DNA of 64,000 bases from the NCBI RefSeq assembly GCF_009914755.1, contig NC_060930.1; one strand, written 5' to 3'. Positions 35,560-48,516 of this stretch are shown in pieces. Numbering within the stretch: position 1 is the stretch's first letter; the number at the start of each line of letters is the position of its first letter. A model generated the notes under the pieces. That model ran no database searches. It saw nothing but the letters and a program-made list of their open reading frames with translations, and was not told the origin of the DNA. A program made the position numbers and the translations under genes. The stretch is from the human T2T-CHM13v2.0 reference genome, Homo sapiens.

Positions 35560-36540
35560 TTATGGTGGGAGACAGATTTCTCAAGAAACAATCCTGTGAT
35601 AATTTCCCAACAATCTTGAAGCCTCAATGAAGTTCTTCATGACATCCAGTTATTCATGACTGGATAATGAAATGTGGGCCTTTGTGCGGAAACAGGGAGA
35701 TTCTCAACTGGCTAAATGACCACTCCCAAGGGAGCTGAAGACCAATGTCGATAAGATTCTACTGGACACAAGAGCTCTCTTCACAAGACTGTCCTGTGCA
35801 CTACATGTGACAGTGAGGCAGACACACACTGAGAAACATGTTGCACACGTTAGAAAGTACTAGAAATGATTACAATTAGACACTGTATAACAGACTAAGA
35901 TTTTTTGTTTAATTTGTATAGACTAGAAAAATTTGAGCTAGATCTACAAGATTGCAACTTAACAAAGATAAATCTAAAGTCCTCTACTAGGTCCAAATAT
36001 TAACTGTATAAGTGGGGCACAAGGAAATATAGCTAAGAGACCAAATATCTGAGGAAAACACAGGCATTTTAATTGTCACTCAACAGCATGGCATGACTGC
36101 CAATAAAGCAAATACAATTCTAGACTGCTGAAAAGAGAAGACGGTCGTGCCATGTACCGTGTTCAGTACCACATTCTATAAGGACAGTCATGACCTAAGT
36201 ACTTGGAAAAAACGGAGCAGATTTAAGAATAACATTCACATTTTAAAGGAGAACTTACCTAAGAAGTGGGTAGGCATATTTGGTGCAGTTTAGGGGTTGA
36301 GGGGAGTTAGAATCAATGGTACAGAGACTGGAAAGAAGCAGATTTGGGTTCAATATAAGGAAGACTTTTCTCACCAGAAAGCAGCCCAAATACAGATCAG
36401 GCTCCTAGCAAAGGCAGTCATACGGAAGCACACATTAACTCTTACATGTGGTCAGGGAAGCTACAGAAAAGACCCCTGCACTATATAAAAGATAAGCATA
36501 GACACCTGCAAAATCTCTTCCAGCTGCTACATTTCTTGAT
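35560..36540 (+). mobile_element. L3/CR1 LINE relic (RT region to 3' end)
   Basis: aaatctaaagtcct...caacagcatggcatgactgccaataaagcaaatacaattctagactgc and gcagatttgggttcaatataaggaagactttt match CR1/L3. Confidence 0.7.
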
Positions 36541-37544
36541 GTGTTAAACCAACGGAGGCACAGTATGGGAAGCACAACTATACCAACACTGAAAATGAAA
36601 TGATTCTCTATGAAATTTTCTCACTAAGAATCAAATGAATGGTTATTTTCTCTAGAAACTGTGGAGCAGATGCCACACTCCCCCAAAACACTAAACACGT
36701 GCACCCAGGTTTACAATATAGCACAGAATGCCGTACATATTCTCATATTCTATTATCCCCAAAATCAGGTGGTACCTTACAATCGCAGTCGGCCAGGTTG
36801 CAGTGGTGTAGTTGTCCTTGCCTGATCACGTGCACACCTGATCATCACTGTTAATGCCAGTTACTTGAGTTAAATAGTGCATGCTTCAGGTATTACACAT
36901 CTTAAGCTTAATGACACTATAGTTCAGTAATAAAAAGTTAAACATAGAAAGTAACTAAAATACTCAGTGGGGCACAAACTCGTATTAACTTAAGAACATC
37001 TGCCACTTGACGGATGTCTACAATTCTGTATTTTCCTGCAAAGTAATCAATTCATTTTGCTATTTGTTTTAGACATATACACAAGAGTAAAATGATACAA
37101 ATCCATGTCTCAATAAATCTAAATAAGCTTATCAATAAGTATAAAATATTAAGAATCTCAGTGGTGAGAAAGAGTTGAGTCATAGTTTAATCAGAAGAGC
37201 TTGTGCTTTCCTAATGGTACATAAAATAATGATGCATCTGAAAATCGGTGTTGCAGAATCAGTGAAATACAGAGTGTTTCTTGCAAATGTGATGTAGATT
37301 TCATAGACAGAGCACTTTATTTTTAATCTCTCTTTAATATACGGGAATCTTAGAATTGCAGAGTTGGATGAAACCTTGGAAGTCATTTGAACATAAACTC
37401 AATCTAGCATATAAACCCTTTCAATGATATATCTAATGTGCTGGATGACAACTTTTAAAGAAGCTGAAAGACATCCACCAATTGTGGAAAGTATGCTATC
37501 CAAAAGAAGAATTCTCAAGTCCCCTCAAAAAAGGGGGAGAGAGG

Positions 37545-37800
37545 TTTGACCTCAATGAAATTTAAGATTTACGTTCTGTGAAGGACATCACAGATAGAGC
37601 AAGCATAGAAGTGACAACTGGAAGAATATATCTGCAACATATATACCTGATAAAAAGTTAATAGGAATTCCTACAAATTAGCAATAAAAACTGAATGGAC
37701 AAAGGATAGGAAGAGGCATTTGACAGAAAGAAACGCCAGAATTTCTAAATCTATAAAGTGAGTTCAACCCCATTATTAATTAGAGGTACAGCTATGACAT
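37545..37800 (+). mobile_element. ancient L1M(E) ORF2 3' fragment
   Basis: ggaagaatatatctgcaacatatatacctgataaaa...aatggacaaaggataggaagaggcatttgacaga. Confidence 0.6.
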
Positions 37801-39690
37801 TATATAACTCTCCTCCAGTTTGCAGAGTAAAAGGGTAGATCTTAATTTTAATGATGTGAAACAGAAAGTTTATTAAAAAGAGGCGTGAAATGAAAGAAGT
37901 AAATATCCATGTGATTTGTTGTTATACATCCAGTGTCTTAAAGCAGGGACCTGTACAGAGAAATAAACTATATTTTATGATTTCCAAGTAAAAACATATA
38001 TATTTAATTTGTTTTTATTACTAGAATTTGTTTTTGTTTCAGAAAACAACATATTTACAAACTTGAACACTGTTTAAGCACAACCTAGTCAGGGAAACAT
38101 TCACCGTGTCTATTTCAGAAATAAGACACTTTATGTTAACTAATGTAGTGGAAAGGACTACATTAATGATTTGCCATTTTAAGGAGCATGACAAGCTAAG
38201 TAACAGCTGTCAGTAGGTCAAACACAATTCAATCGGCATAGTTAGTTCCAAAAAACATTTAAATAGGTTCTTTAGCTGGGAAGTCCACATATTACTCAGT
38301 AATTCTAGGACTAATCAAAAGCAAATAGAAAAAAACAATTCTCACTAGCTTGGGGTCAGTGAAAACCTATTTGACCTATGCCAAAAAGGGAGGTTCTCCA
38401 TTCAAACAGATGGATAAAAGCTCCAAGTACAGTTATCTCACTAAAATTCCAAACAAGTCACAATGAACACATGACTTTATATTTTAGTTGTGTGTACGTA
38501 TATTACATGTATGTGTACACAGACACATCTAGAGACTAATTAAGTTAGTGACTGTAAATTTTATATATAAAAATGCCCATATATTTAAGAGTCAAAGAAT
38601 AGTTGTCTTTTTTATATAGTCACTAAAGACAGATATATAATATGTATATATACTAACAGACAATGTGAATTCAACAGGTATCATTTTAATGATATCATGC
38701 TGTACAAAAATATAAAGAAAATATATTTGAAAAGAAAAAAAAAGTTTGCAAATTCCAGGTAATAAATGAAAAAATGAATTACAAGAACACCCAGAAACCC
38801 AATGGAAGCTGTTACAGATCACTGAATTTTTGGAATCTAAAAACTCTGTAGTTTTATATTTTATTATTGTAGATAATTGTATACACAAGCCCCCACAGAA
38901 TAATGCCTTGTCTGTTGTTCTTGAGAGAGAGTAGAACAGATGGCTCTAGTCAAAGCCCCTCGGCGACTGAGCATTATCACCTATCTAGGGAAGGAGATGG
39001 TGGTGCGGGGGTGGCTAAAAGGAGGATGAAGGCTTCTGGGAAGAGAAAGAGGGTGCAGCTTAAGTAGAAAATGGACAGCTAAAACGACGAGGGGTGAAAC
39101 TGAATGTAAATTATGCCTGGCTTTAAATATAAGAGTTTTAATATTTTATTAGTAATAAATCCACTGTTTTCCCCCCTTAAACTGCTGTCACACACATGCT
39201 AGTGGCCCTTGACAAATGCCTGAAATCTTTGCCATCATTATTACACAGGAAAGGCTTTGAAAGAATTCCAAGCAATCCATCCATGTCATACTTTGACAAA
39301 GCAAGGGAGAGGCCACGGGAAGAAGAGCTTTAGCTCCCAGTGAAGAGTTAAGAAAGTGAGCCTTTACTCTAGGCTCCAGTTCCGCCCTAAAACCTAGCTG
39401 TTTGACTGTAGAAAAGACTAGGATCTTCTCGTAGCAAGGCAATTACCAGTCTACATGGTTAGGATAGTGACAAACAAAAGAAACATGTCAAATAAATAAA
39501 TGGTTACCATTAAATAGAATTTATTTGCAGGTACTTTCTAAATTTAGTACGACTATAAAAACAAACAAAACAAAACAACTTTCAAACTACCAAAGCATGT
39601 GAAAACAAACTATAAAGCTGTTTCAATGCTCCCTTATGTTTTAAGAAAAAAAAAAAAACTAAACTGGGACAATAAGAAAATTACACATAA

Positions 39691-39993
39691 TATTATTATT
39701 ATTATTTTTTTGAGACGAAATCTCTTTATCGCCCAGGCTGGTGTGCAGTGGCACGATCTCGGCTCGCTCACTGCAACCTCCGTCTCCCAGGTTCAGGTGA
39801 TTCTCCTGCCTCAGCCTCCCTGTAGCTGGGATTACAGGTGCCCACCACCACACCCGGCTAATTTTTATATTTTAGTAGAGATGGTGTTTCGCCATGTTGG
39901 CCAGGCAGGTCTCAAACTCCTGACCTCAGTCGATCCACCTGCCTCAGCTTCCCAAAGTGCTGGGATTACAGGCGTAAGCCACCGCGCCCAGCC
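39691..39993 (-). mobile_element. AluSx-like with (TAT)n tail
   Basis: Dimer with cctgacctcag. acataa on both flanks. Confidence 0.92.
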
Positions 39994-41609
39994 ACATAAA
40001 TTATTTTTATAATTACTCTTCAAATAAGGAAAATTTAGTAATAAAGAAAGTAATCTACTTGAAATATTTTTAGCTATCATAGATTAACAAGGATAAACAC
40101 CAATCTAAGAATTTGTACGTAGTTTATAACTTTATTTAGAAACAAAATCTTAAATCCTTATGGTAATTTCATAAAAGGTAGAAAAAGTCTAATTTTTATA
40201 CGCTTAGTTGAGAAACACTTAAAGCAAACCCTGCACTGAACTGAAAATTTCCACAAGACATATAAATAAACTTATAAAAGCTCGGAGTAAACCTCTTAGG
40301 AATGTCTTGATTGGGGTTAAACTATGGCTGATAATAAGCTTAAAAAAACTAACTTAGGAACAAGTTTGCCACCTTGACAGTATGAAATGCCACTAAATTG
40401 AAAATGGAATCTGGATGGCTTTAAAATAATTGAATCTATGCTAGCTATAAATCCTGGAATCTTTTACTTGGGAATCCAAGGTTTAAATACAATGACAGTT
40501 AAGATGAAAAGTTTTATTATTATATAAGTATTTTTCTTTGACTTTTAGAAACTCTACAAATCAACAGAAATCCCTTATTCAAGTAAAAAATTAACAAAAA
40601 AGGACGCTTTGAAAATTAAAACTTTTAACTATTTTTTTTCTGCTATAGGTGGAATTTGTGCTGTGCTTGGGATACTACAATACTGTCGCTTATAAAGACA
40701 CATTTTTAAAACATTTACTTTTTGTTCTCTAAGTCATCTACGTTTAACCACTATTTTTACATTATAAACTCTCATTTAGCATACATTTACTACAGTGGCC
40801 AATAATGGTCTATTATTATACAAATCAAATATGTGTTTTAAACTTAACTACTTCTCCAAACAGCTACTTCCCCTTCCCCACAAAAAAGCATCAATTCGTT
40901 AAATAGAAATTTCTGCAAAGTTGTACTTGAGTGAAAGTACAGTATTAAGAAGCTTAGTTTTCATAATCACATCCTATACAGTCAATATAGTTACGGCATG
41001 AAATAGGTTTGTTTGTATTTTTCCCTGGTGAGCAATTTTGGGGCACAACAGGTTCTACTGTAATTGTCTGTAAATTATAATAAATACCAAAGCTAAATGT
41101 GGAAAATTAACACTGGCACCTAAATTTATTTACATGCCTCAGAATCATTTCATGGAAGTTCATGTATATTTATTTACCTGTAAGAAAACAAATCAACTTC
41201 TTCATTCAGATTTCTATTTTATAGAAAATATTCACATACTAATTTTCTCTAGATAAGATATCCCCATATTAACAGTATGACCAAAAGCTTATACAGCATT
41301 TAACTTTAATTTATACTTTCTGACAAAATAGAATATAATGCCTTTTCCATCCCAGAATTTCCACTATTCTGCATTAAGTTTTTAAAAAGGTGCAAGATAA
41401 CTTTATATAAAGTTTTAAATATTTCTTGAGAAAAACCATTATATGCTAATATCTGACAATTGTTTCTCCCAAAAAGTATGATTTTTAAAAGAAACTGAAC
41501 TTTTCATCCTTAGGTTTTATTAACACTGATGTTTTCATTAGACAGGACATGTAATTTATATTGATAAGCACAATACCACTTCAAAAACAAATTGGACAAT
41601 CATGAAATT

Positions 41610-41720
41610 TTGGGGTTGTAGGAGATCTTGGAGAACATACAGCATAACTCTTACCTGTTTCCCAAAGCCTCACATCCTATTTTACAGATGGGAAAACTGA
41701 GGCCCAGAGAGACTATGTGT
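41610..41720. mobile_element. MIR/MIR3 fragment
   Basis: cctattttacagatgggaaaactgaggcccagaga is the MIR core. Confidence 0.7.
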
Positions 41721-44700
41721 CTTCCTCACAGGTTTGTTTTACATGATTATAAAAATTCTGACAAGATTAATTCCCTTAATTTCACATGACAAAGAAAAAG
41801 TACCCTGTGCTAGTTAGAATTTAGAAGGTTTTATATTTCAATATACCAATCAAAAATATAAATCAATGAGGCTTAAATCACAGAATTACAATTAAAATTG
41901 GGTTAAAGAAATGTAAATAAATTGCCAATATAGTGAAATCGTCATTCCATGTGTTAACCCTATAGTTATCTTTTGGATTTATTACAAATTCCTATGAGAT
42001 AAATAACTTCTAAGTTTTCAAAAGGTGGCCACATCTGTGTTCTTCTAATGTCCTAAACATTACAACAATTAATATTTTTATCATTACACTGATGTTTCAA
42101 TAAGATACCTCTATATGCAACCAACTATTTTATTTTATAAAGCTGTACTAGAAAGGTCTAACGTCACAATACAATGTAAATAAACTACAGATTATTCCGT
42201 AAAATATTTTGTATGTGGCAACAAACATATGCCTTTAAGTTTGACTAATACAAATGGAAGACTATTAATAAAAACTAAATGACAGCAACAAAATCTATAT
42301 CACTGACGAGTCAAGATAGTATACATAGCATCAGATCATAGAGCTAATGTTAAAAAAACTCAAACATGTGATAGGGGCACTACACAAAATGTCATGTGCT
42401 AACATCTGGAATTAAGATTACTTACAGTGGAAAAAATAAAACGTCCCCGAAAAGTGAAGGCACGCATTAAATCTTGGCACTCTTTTTATAGTTGTTTTAC
42501 ATATAGAAATGTAATTCTTACAAAGAACTAATTTCACTAAAGGTTACAATTGTACTAGTATTTTCTGTAAGAATGCAAGAAAATGAGTAAGATTAGTCAA
42601 AACTCTGTTAACTTCTATGTTATTATGAAAGATATTGCAATTTTTGTATTAAACATTTCATGTGCCTATGACCTGACATTACTGAGATTTTTTTTTTAAA
42701 AAGTGAGCATTTAAGTGTCAAAATTTTACTGAAAAGTTTTTACTGAAAGTACTAATTTAGTATGTAATTTATGTTACATTATAAAAAACAGTTTTTTACT
42801 GGCTAGGAACTAAAAATCTCTGACCAGATAAGGGTTTAACCGGGATGTTTCTGTTGTAGTTAAAACACATCTTTTCCCAAGTGATAGAACTTGGGAAAGT
42901 TCTTAGGAAATTCTTTCATAAGTAGCATGGTAAAAAAACACTAAAAAAACAAAAAACAAAAAAAAGAGAGAAAATAAAAAATGAAATTTCAGTAAAGCTT
43001 TTCAGAAGAAAAAACACAAGAAAAAGGGACAAACTAATATTTCACACATTGGAAATCCAGTAACTGCTTTATGGATTAGTCTCTGGATCCTGTGCCAACA
43101 AAGTTGCACCACCAAGAATCATCATCATGTAAGATGGTTCAACCTGATAAGTGGAATCCCCAGTTAGAAACTGAGAGAAAGAGAAAAGAATCTCCCACGA
43201 AATGAGAGAAAGTATATCAAATCTATCTGAAACCATTCCTCAAGAAAGACGAAATATGAGCAATACATTTATGAACTTATGTGTTTATCTAAAATAAAGA
43301 CACAAACTGTGGGGGAAAAAAGGCAATTAAATTTAGCGCCAAAATTGAACTTTAGGGCATTTATATTACACAAATTTTTCCACTAACCATTAACACTTCA
43401 TTGAAAAACAATGGCCACATGAGAAAACATACTTCGTGATTACATGCAATCATCTATCAATTTAAATAATTTTCAAAGTATCTATATATGTTTAAATATT
43501 TTACATCAGATAAAAGAAAGGACAATTTGGACATAAAGGAAAATCTAAGTATCATAAGCACAAAACTTTGGTATTTTAACCTCAAACAACAGTGTGCGCT
43601 CTAGTTTATTAATCAACAGGAATGCTACTTAATTAACCATGTGAAAGTTAAAGTAAGTAAGAAAGACAAACAAGGCAAGTATTACTTAAGCTATTATTAT
43701 ACTACACTGGAAATTTTTCAAATATCTAAGATTTTGTAAGATGTAGTCACGTAAACAAATGTAAAGCCATCATAAATTAAAATTGGTTATAAAATGCCAA
43801 TAAAACATTGAAGTCCCCTATAATTCATACAAAATCTGTTTTTAGACTTTAAAAAGGGCATCAAAAACTATAAAGTGTATCATTTTTAAAAGCCCATTTA
43901 AAAATTATAAGCAAATTGAAAAAAATGTTATTAATTATCCAACATTTAATTATTCATGCAAAATATTTATAAAATATTGTCAAGGAAAATAAATGTTCTA
44001 GTGCTAATATGAAGAAAATTAATATGCTGGTTTTTAAAAAAAGTTTTAAAACAATATTCTTCAGTTAGTAAGCAACACAAATCACTTAGATTTGCCTGCT
44101 TGAGACACGATTCTTTTGAAACCAAGCAATTGAAGGAAATGGTGTTGCAATACTGTCCGTTTAATGAAAACCGTGGCAGTGAAAAGGTCACATAAATAAT
44201 CTGCACGATGTTATTGCATTAAGAAAGTCACAGTCTAAATCTAATGCCTGCCAAAGAGGGGCTAAAAGTGTAAAAGAAAAAGTACGCAGTCACCTGCAAA
44301 ACATATTATATTCTGATTAAAAGCTGTTTTTAAACAACCTTTTAATCTAAAACCCATTTGCTATCTCAAAAATGACCTATAAAGAAATGTTTATGTAATT
44401 GTGACTAATTCAATTATCTTACACCCTGGTTTTAAGAAATATATGATAATGAAAGTTCAACTTATAAAATTCCATTTAATTAAATTAAAAATTCACAAAA
44501 TTGCAAGATTATGTGTTTAGACATCAGAATTTTCTTTGTCCTTGTTTTCAAACCGCCTACACTACTAAAAATATTAGGGTAACACAGATAATATCTGTGC
44601 ATACAAACTGAAGTTAACACAGTAGACTGCTTAAAACAGAAAAACTACATACATATCTTCTTTTTCTACTGATATGACAGAGTATAACCAATTAATCATT

Positions 44701-46536
44701 AATAAGTAACAAGCAACAGCCAGAATATGTTTAATGCTTCATTAAAACAACATTGAGGCCCATTACAGTACACAGCGTACGATGCTGGAAACCACCTTAT
44801 ACCCTCGCAAACCGCATTCCCTTCTAACCTCATTTGGGGGAAGCAGCTAGAGGATGAATGGCAATATGCTCTCAAGTAAGCTTTTATTAAGTATGAGAAA
44901 TAAATTATATTAAGTGTTATTTTTTGAACTCAGAAATGAGGGAAGGGGTTGTTAAGATATCAAATTTACTAAGAAAATAATTATGTCAGAAATAACGTTG
45001 CTGTCACAAGAGAGACTTGCCAGATACTGCTTTTAAGCACGTTGTTATACACACCTTTAGAATAAATTTTGTGACCCAGAGATTAGTCTGTGGTACTAAA
45101 ATTCCTGAGAGTAGACCAGAAAAAAAATAGAGGGTAGGAGAAATGTTTTCCTAAACAATGTTAGCATTACTCTAGTGGCATTAAGAAGCCCTTATTTCGT
45201 TTATAATTAGTAAGATACTGAGGTGATGGGATTGTTAAGGACATGTTACAAATTGCTTTTCTACAACTCACTTCCGAATCTCAGTTTCTACTAAATATGA
45301 TTCTACTTCATTAGATCCTCATGACTGTGATCTCACCAAATGCAATTCTAAAACTTGAAAATTACCTTGGAAATTTGTGAGAAGCCACAGAAAGGTCCTC
45401 GGAAGCACACACATATTAAATATTAATTATAATGATGACTGTCATCTTTTATAGTGATTATGTCATTATTTAGGAATGTTAATTAAGACATAAAATGACT
45501 TGTTAATAGCAAATGCATTCTTAAGCAATATATTTGTGCTTGTGCACTTAACAGCAAACCCAGTATGGGGACTGAACCATAATAGACTACAGTTCTATTT
45601 TCTAAAATGCTGACATTTGAGCAAACGTTCCCAGGGAATGTTTGCCTGATTCGTGGACTGACATTTCCTCTTTGTAACTTGCTTAACTAAAGAGGAGACA
45701 TGCAGGCCAAACTCCACAGTGCCCGCAGGCAGCAGGCTATTGCTTGCCGCTGCAACTTGTGCGTGGTTTCTCTTTTACTTCCCTCTGGCCCTACTGCCCC
45801 TCAGCCCTTCACTGTCTCTTTATTTTGACATGCATATTATCTTAGCTGATTTCAATCATCTTACAGGAGTGGATGACATACCTTAAAAGATTAAGCTTCC
45901 CCACCTGGGATTTGTCCAGAAATTCAGTGTATTACAGCTTCTCAGAGCCTTCTTCGTTCTCCTATATTCTTGTGTTATCAATAGTAGCTTTCTTTCTTAT
46001 TTTATGTTTAAGTATGAGACACAGGCAGCTATGCTGATGGAGTCAGTTTGTACTGTCACTCATCTTTCACTACAACTGCAAGGTTCACTTCCTTTGTCTA
46101 ATTCTTTGCTGCCATCTATGTGTATAAAAGAGCACAACATTCTTAAACACACCAGAAACTTCCTCAGTTTCAAAAACAATCATGTCTCTAATCTAGAGGG
46201 ATGAAGAAGGAAGCTTTAGGGATAATTTGCTTCCCTACACAAACGTAAAGCTTATTGGAAATTTCCATTTCTTTCTCTGTGAAGCAAATTTATAAAACTG
46301 AAAAATGACTGAAGTTACATTATTTAACATAATATTATTGAACATAACCAATAGATTTTTTCCATTATTGCTGCTGATAAATTTTAATTTGGCAAATTTG
46401 ATGAACTTATGCTTGAAAAACAAAAGTTGAAATTTTAAGTCACTTAAGTAAATAATTCCAATAAGATAAATTAATTTTTGCTAAATTGCAATCTAAATAT
46501 CTTGCCAAATGATAGAGTGAAATGATCACTAAACCT

Positions 46537-46981
<445 letters not shown>

Positions 46982-48216
46982 TCAAATATTCAAACACTTC
47001 TTCTCTAGGGAAGATGGAGAAATGTATCAGACCACACTAAAGAGCCTCTCAGCCTCCCCTTTAGGACTGACCATACTGGCTCTGAATTGTCCTAAGATAA
47101 GTTAGTGTCAAACAAACAAATAGAAAGGCACTCTAGTGTGAGCCATATGGGAATGTTACAACAAACAAAAAAACCCTGTCCCCTACACCATGTAACAATT
47201 AATCCATGCACTCAGGGTAAAGACTGGTTATTTACCATCAGTACTAATAATGTGGGTTGACAGTCTTGAAGAATGTCCTAAAAGGTTTATTTTGTCAATA
47301 CCACTAATTTCTAAAAGACTTTACTGTTATATACTAAAAAAATAAAAACCTGGCACCAATGAAATATATGGAATGGGAGTAGAAAAGAAACTCAGGAACA
47401 GGTTTTTTTACCCTGATATACCAAACAGCATAAGAAGTGCGAAACTGCTGCCTCTTCTCTATCAGCTCCCATTTAGAATAACTGCATAATTGCTATCAAC
47501 ACAATACTCCTCTTCTCTGGCAAACATTTCACTTTAATTATCAACACTAGAACCGTACACAAGTTGAGCTAACCTTTCAGGGTGCAACATTTTCTAAAGA
47601 ATCAGTCTCTTAACGATAAACTGTTAACGGAGCTGTAACATGCCAAACCAAGGCTTGATGTGCGGTTTCTTATAAATAAAGCAAATCTAAATTCGCTGTG
47701 GATTACACTTTAAATTAACATTTCCAAACTAGGAACATACTCTGCCATTTTTCAAAGAGTAAAAGTGATACCTACTAATCACTCATCTTCGATCTTAGAC
47801 ATTTTTCAAAAAATAGAAATCTGATACATTCAAACCATTTTCATATGATTTATTTCTTGCTGGCACTGGTAAGGTATCCAATTAATGATTTACAGTACAA
47901 AGTAGCAGAAAAAATTCTTACGCATTACATTTTTTGAACTAGAAAAGATTTCATTTTATTTTACCGTACTAACTTTAAGGATCCAACTTTAACAAGGCAA
48001 ATTTTATAAACTCCGCCATATGTAAGGATAAAGTAGAAATCATATTTAATATCAAGCTTTACTATGTATTTTAAAAGAGGTATTAAGTCTAATTTTTTTA
48101 AATATACATACAAATTTTGGGGGCGGGGGAGATACATTATGGTATTAAACAAAGTATCATTTATGTCTTCACCTTAATTTATGTAAATTACATACTGTAA
48201 TCTAATCAAGAATCCT

Positions 48217-48516
48217 GGCTGGGCAAGGTGGCTCATACCTGTAATCCTAGCACTTTGGGAGGCCAAGGCAGGTGGATCACCTGAGGTCAGGAGATGGAGA
48301 CCGGCCTGGCCAACATGGTGAAACCCTGTCTCTACTAAAAATACAAAAATTAGCTGAGCGTGGTGGTGGGCACCTGTAATCACAGCTACTCGGGAGGCTG
48401 AGGCAGGAGAATTGCTTCAACTCAGGAGACAGAGATTGCAGTGAGCCAATATGGTGCCACTGCACTCCAGCCTGGGCGACAGAGCGAGACTCTGTCTCAA
48501 AAAAAGAAAAAAAAAA
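48217..48516 (+). mobile_element. AluSx-like
   Basis: gatcacctgaggtcaggag dimer with A tail. Confidence 0.92.
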
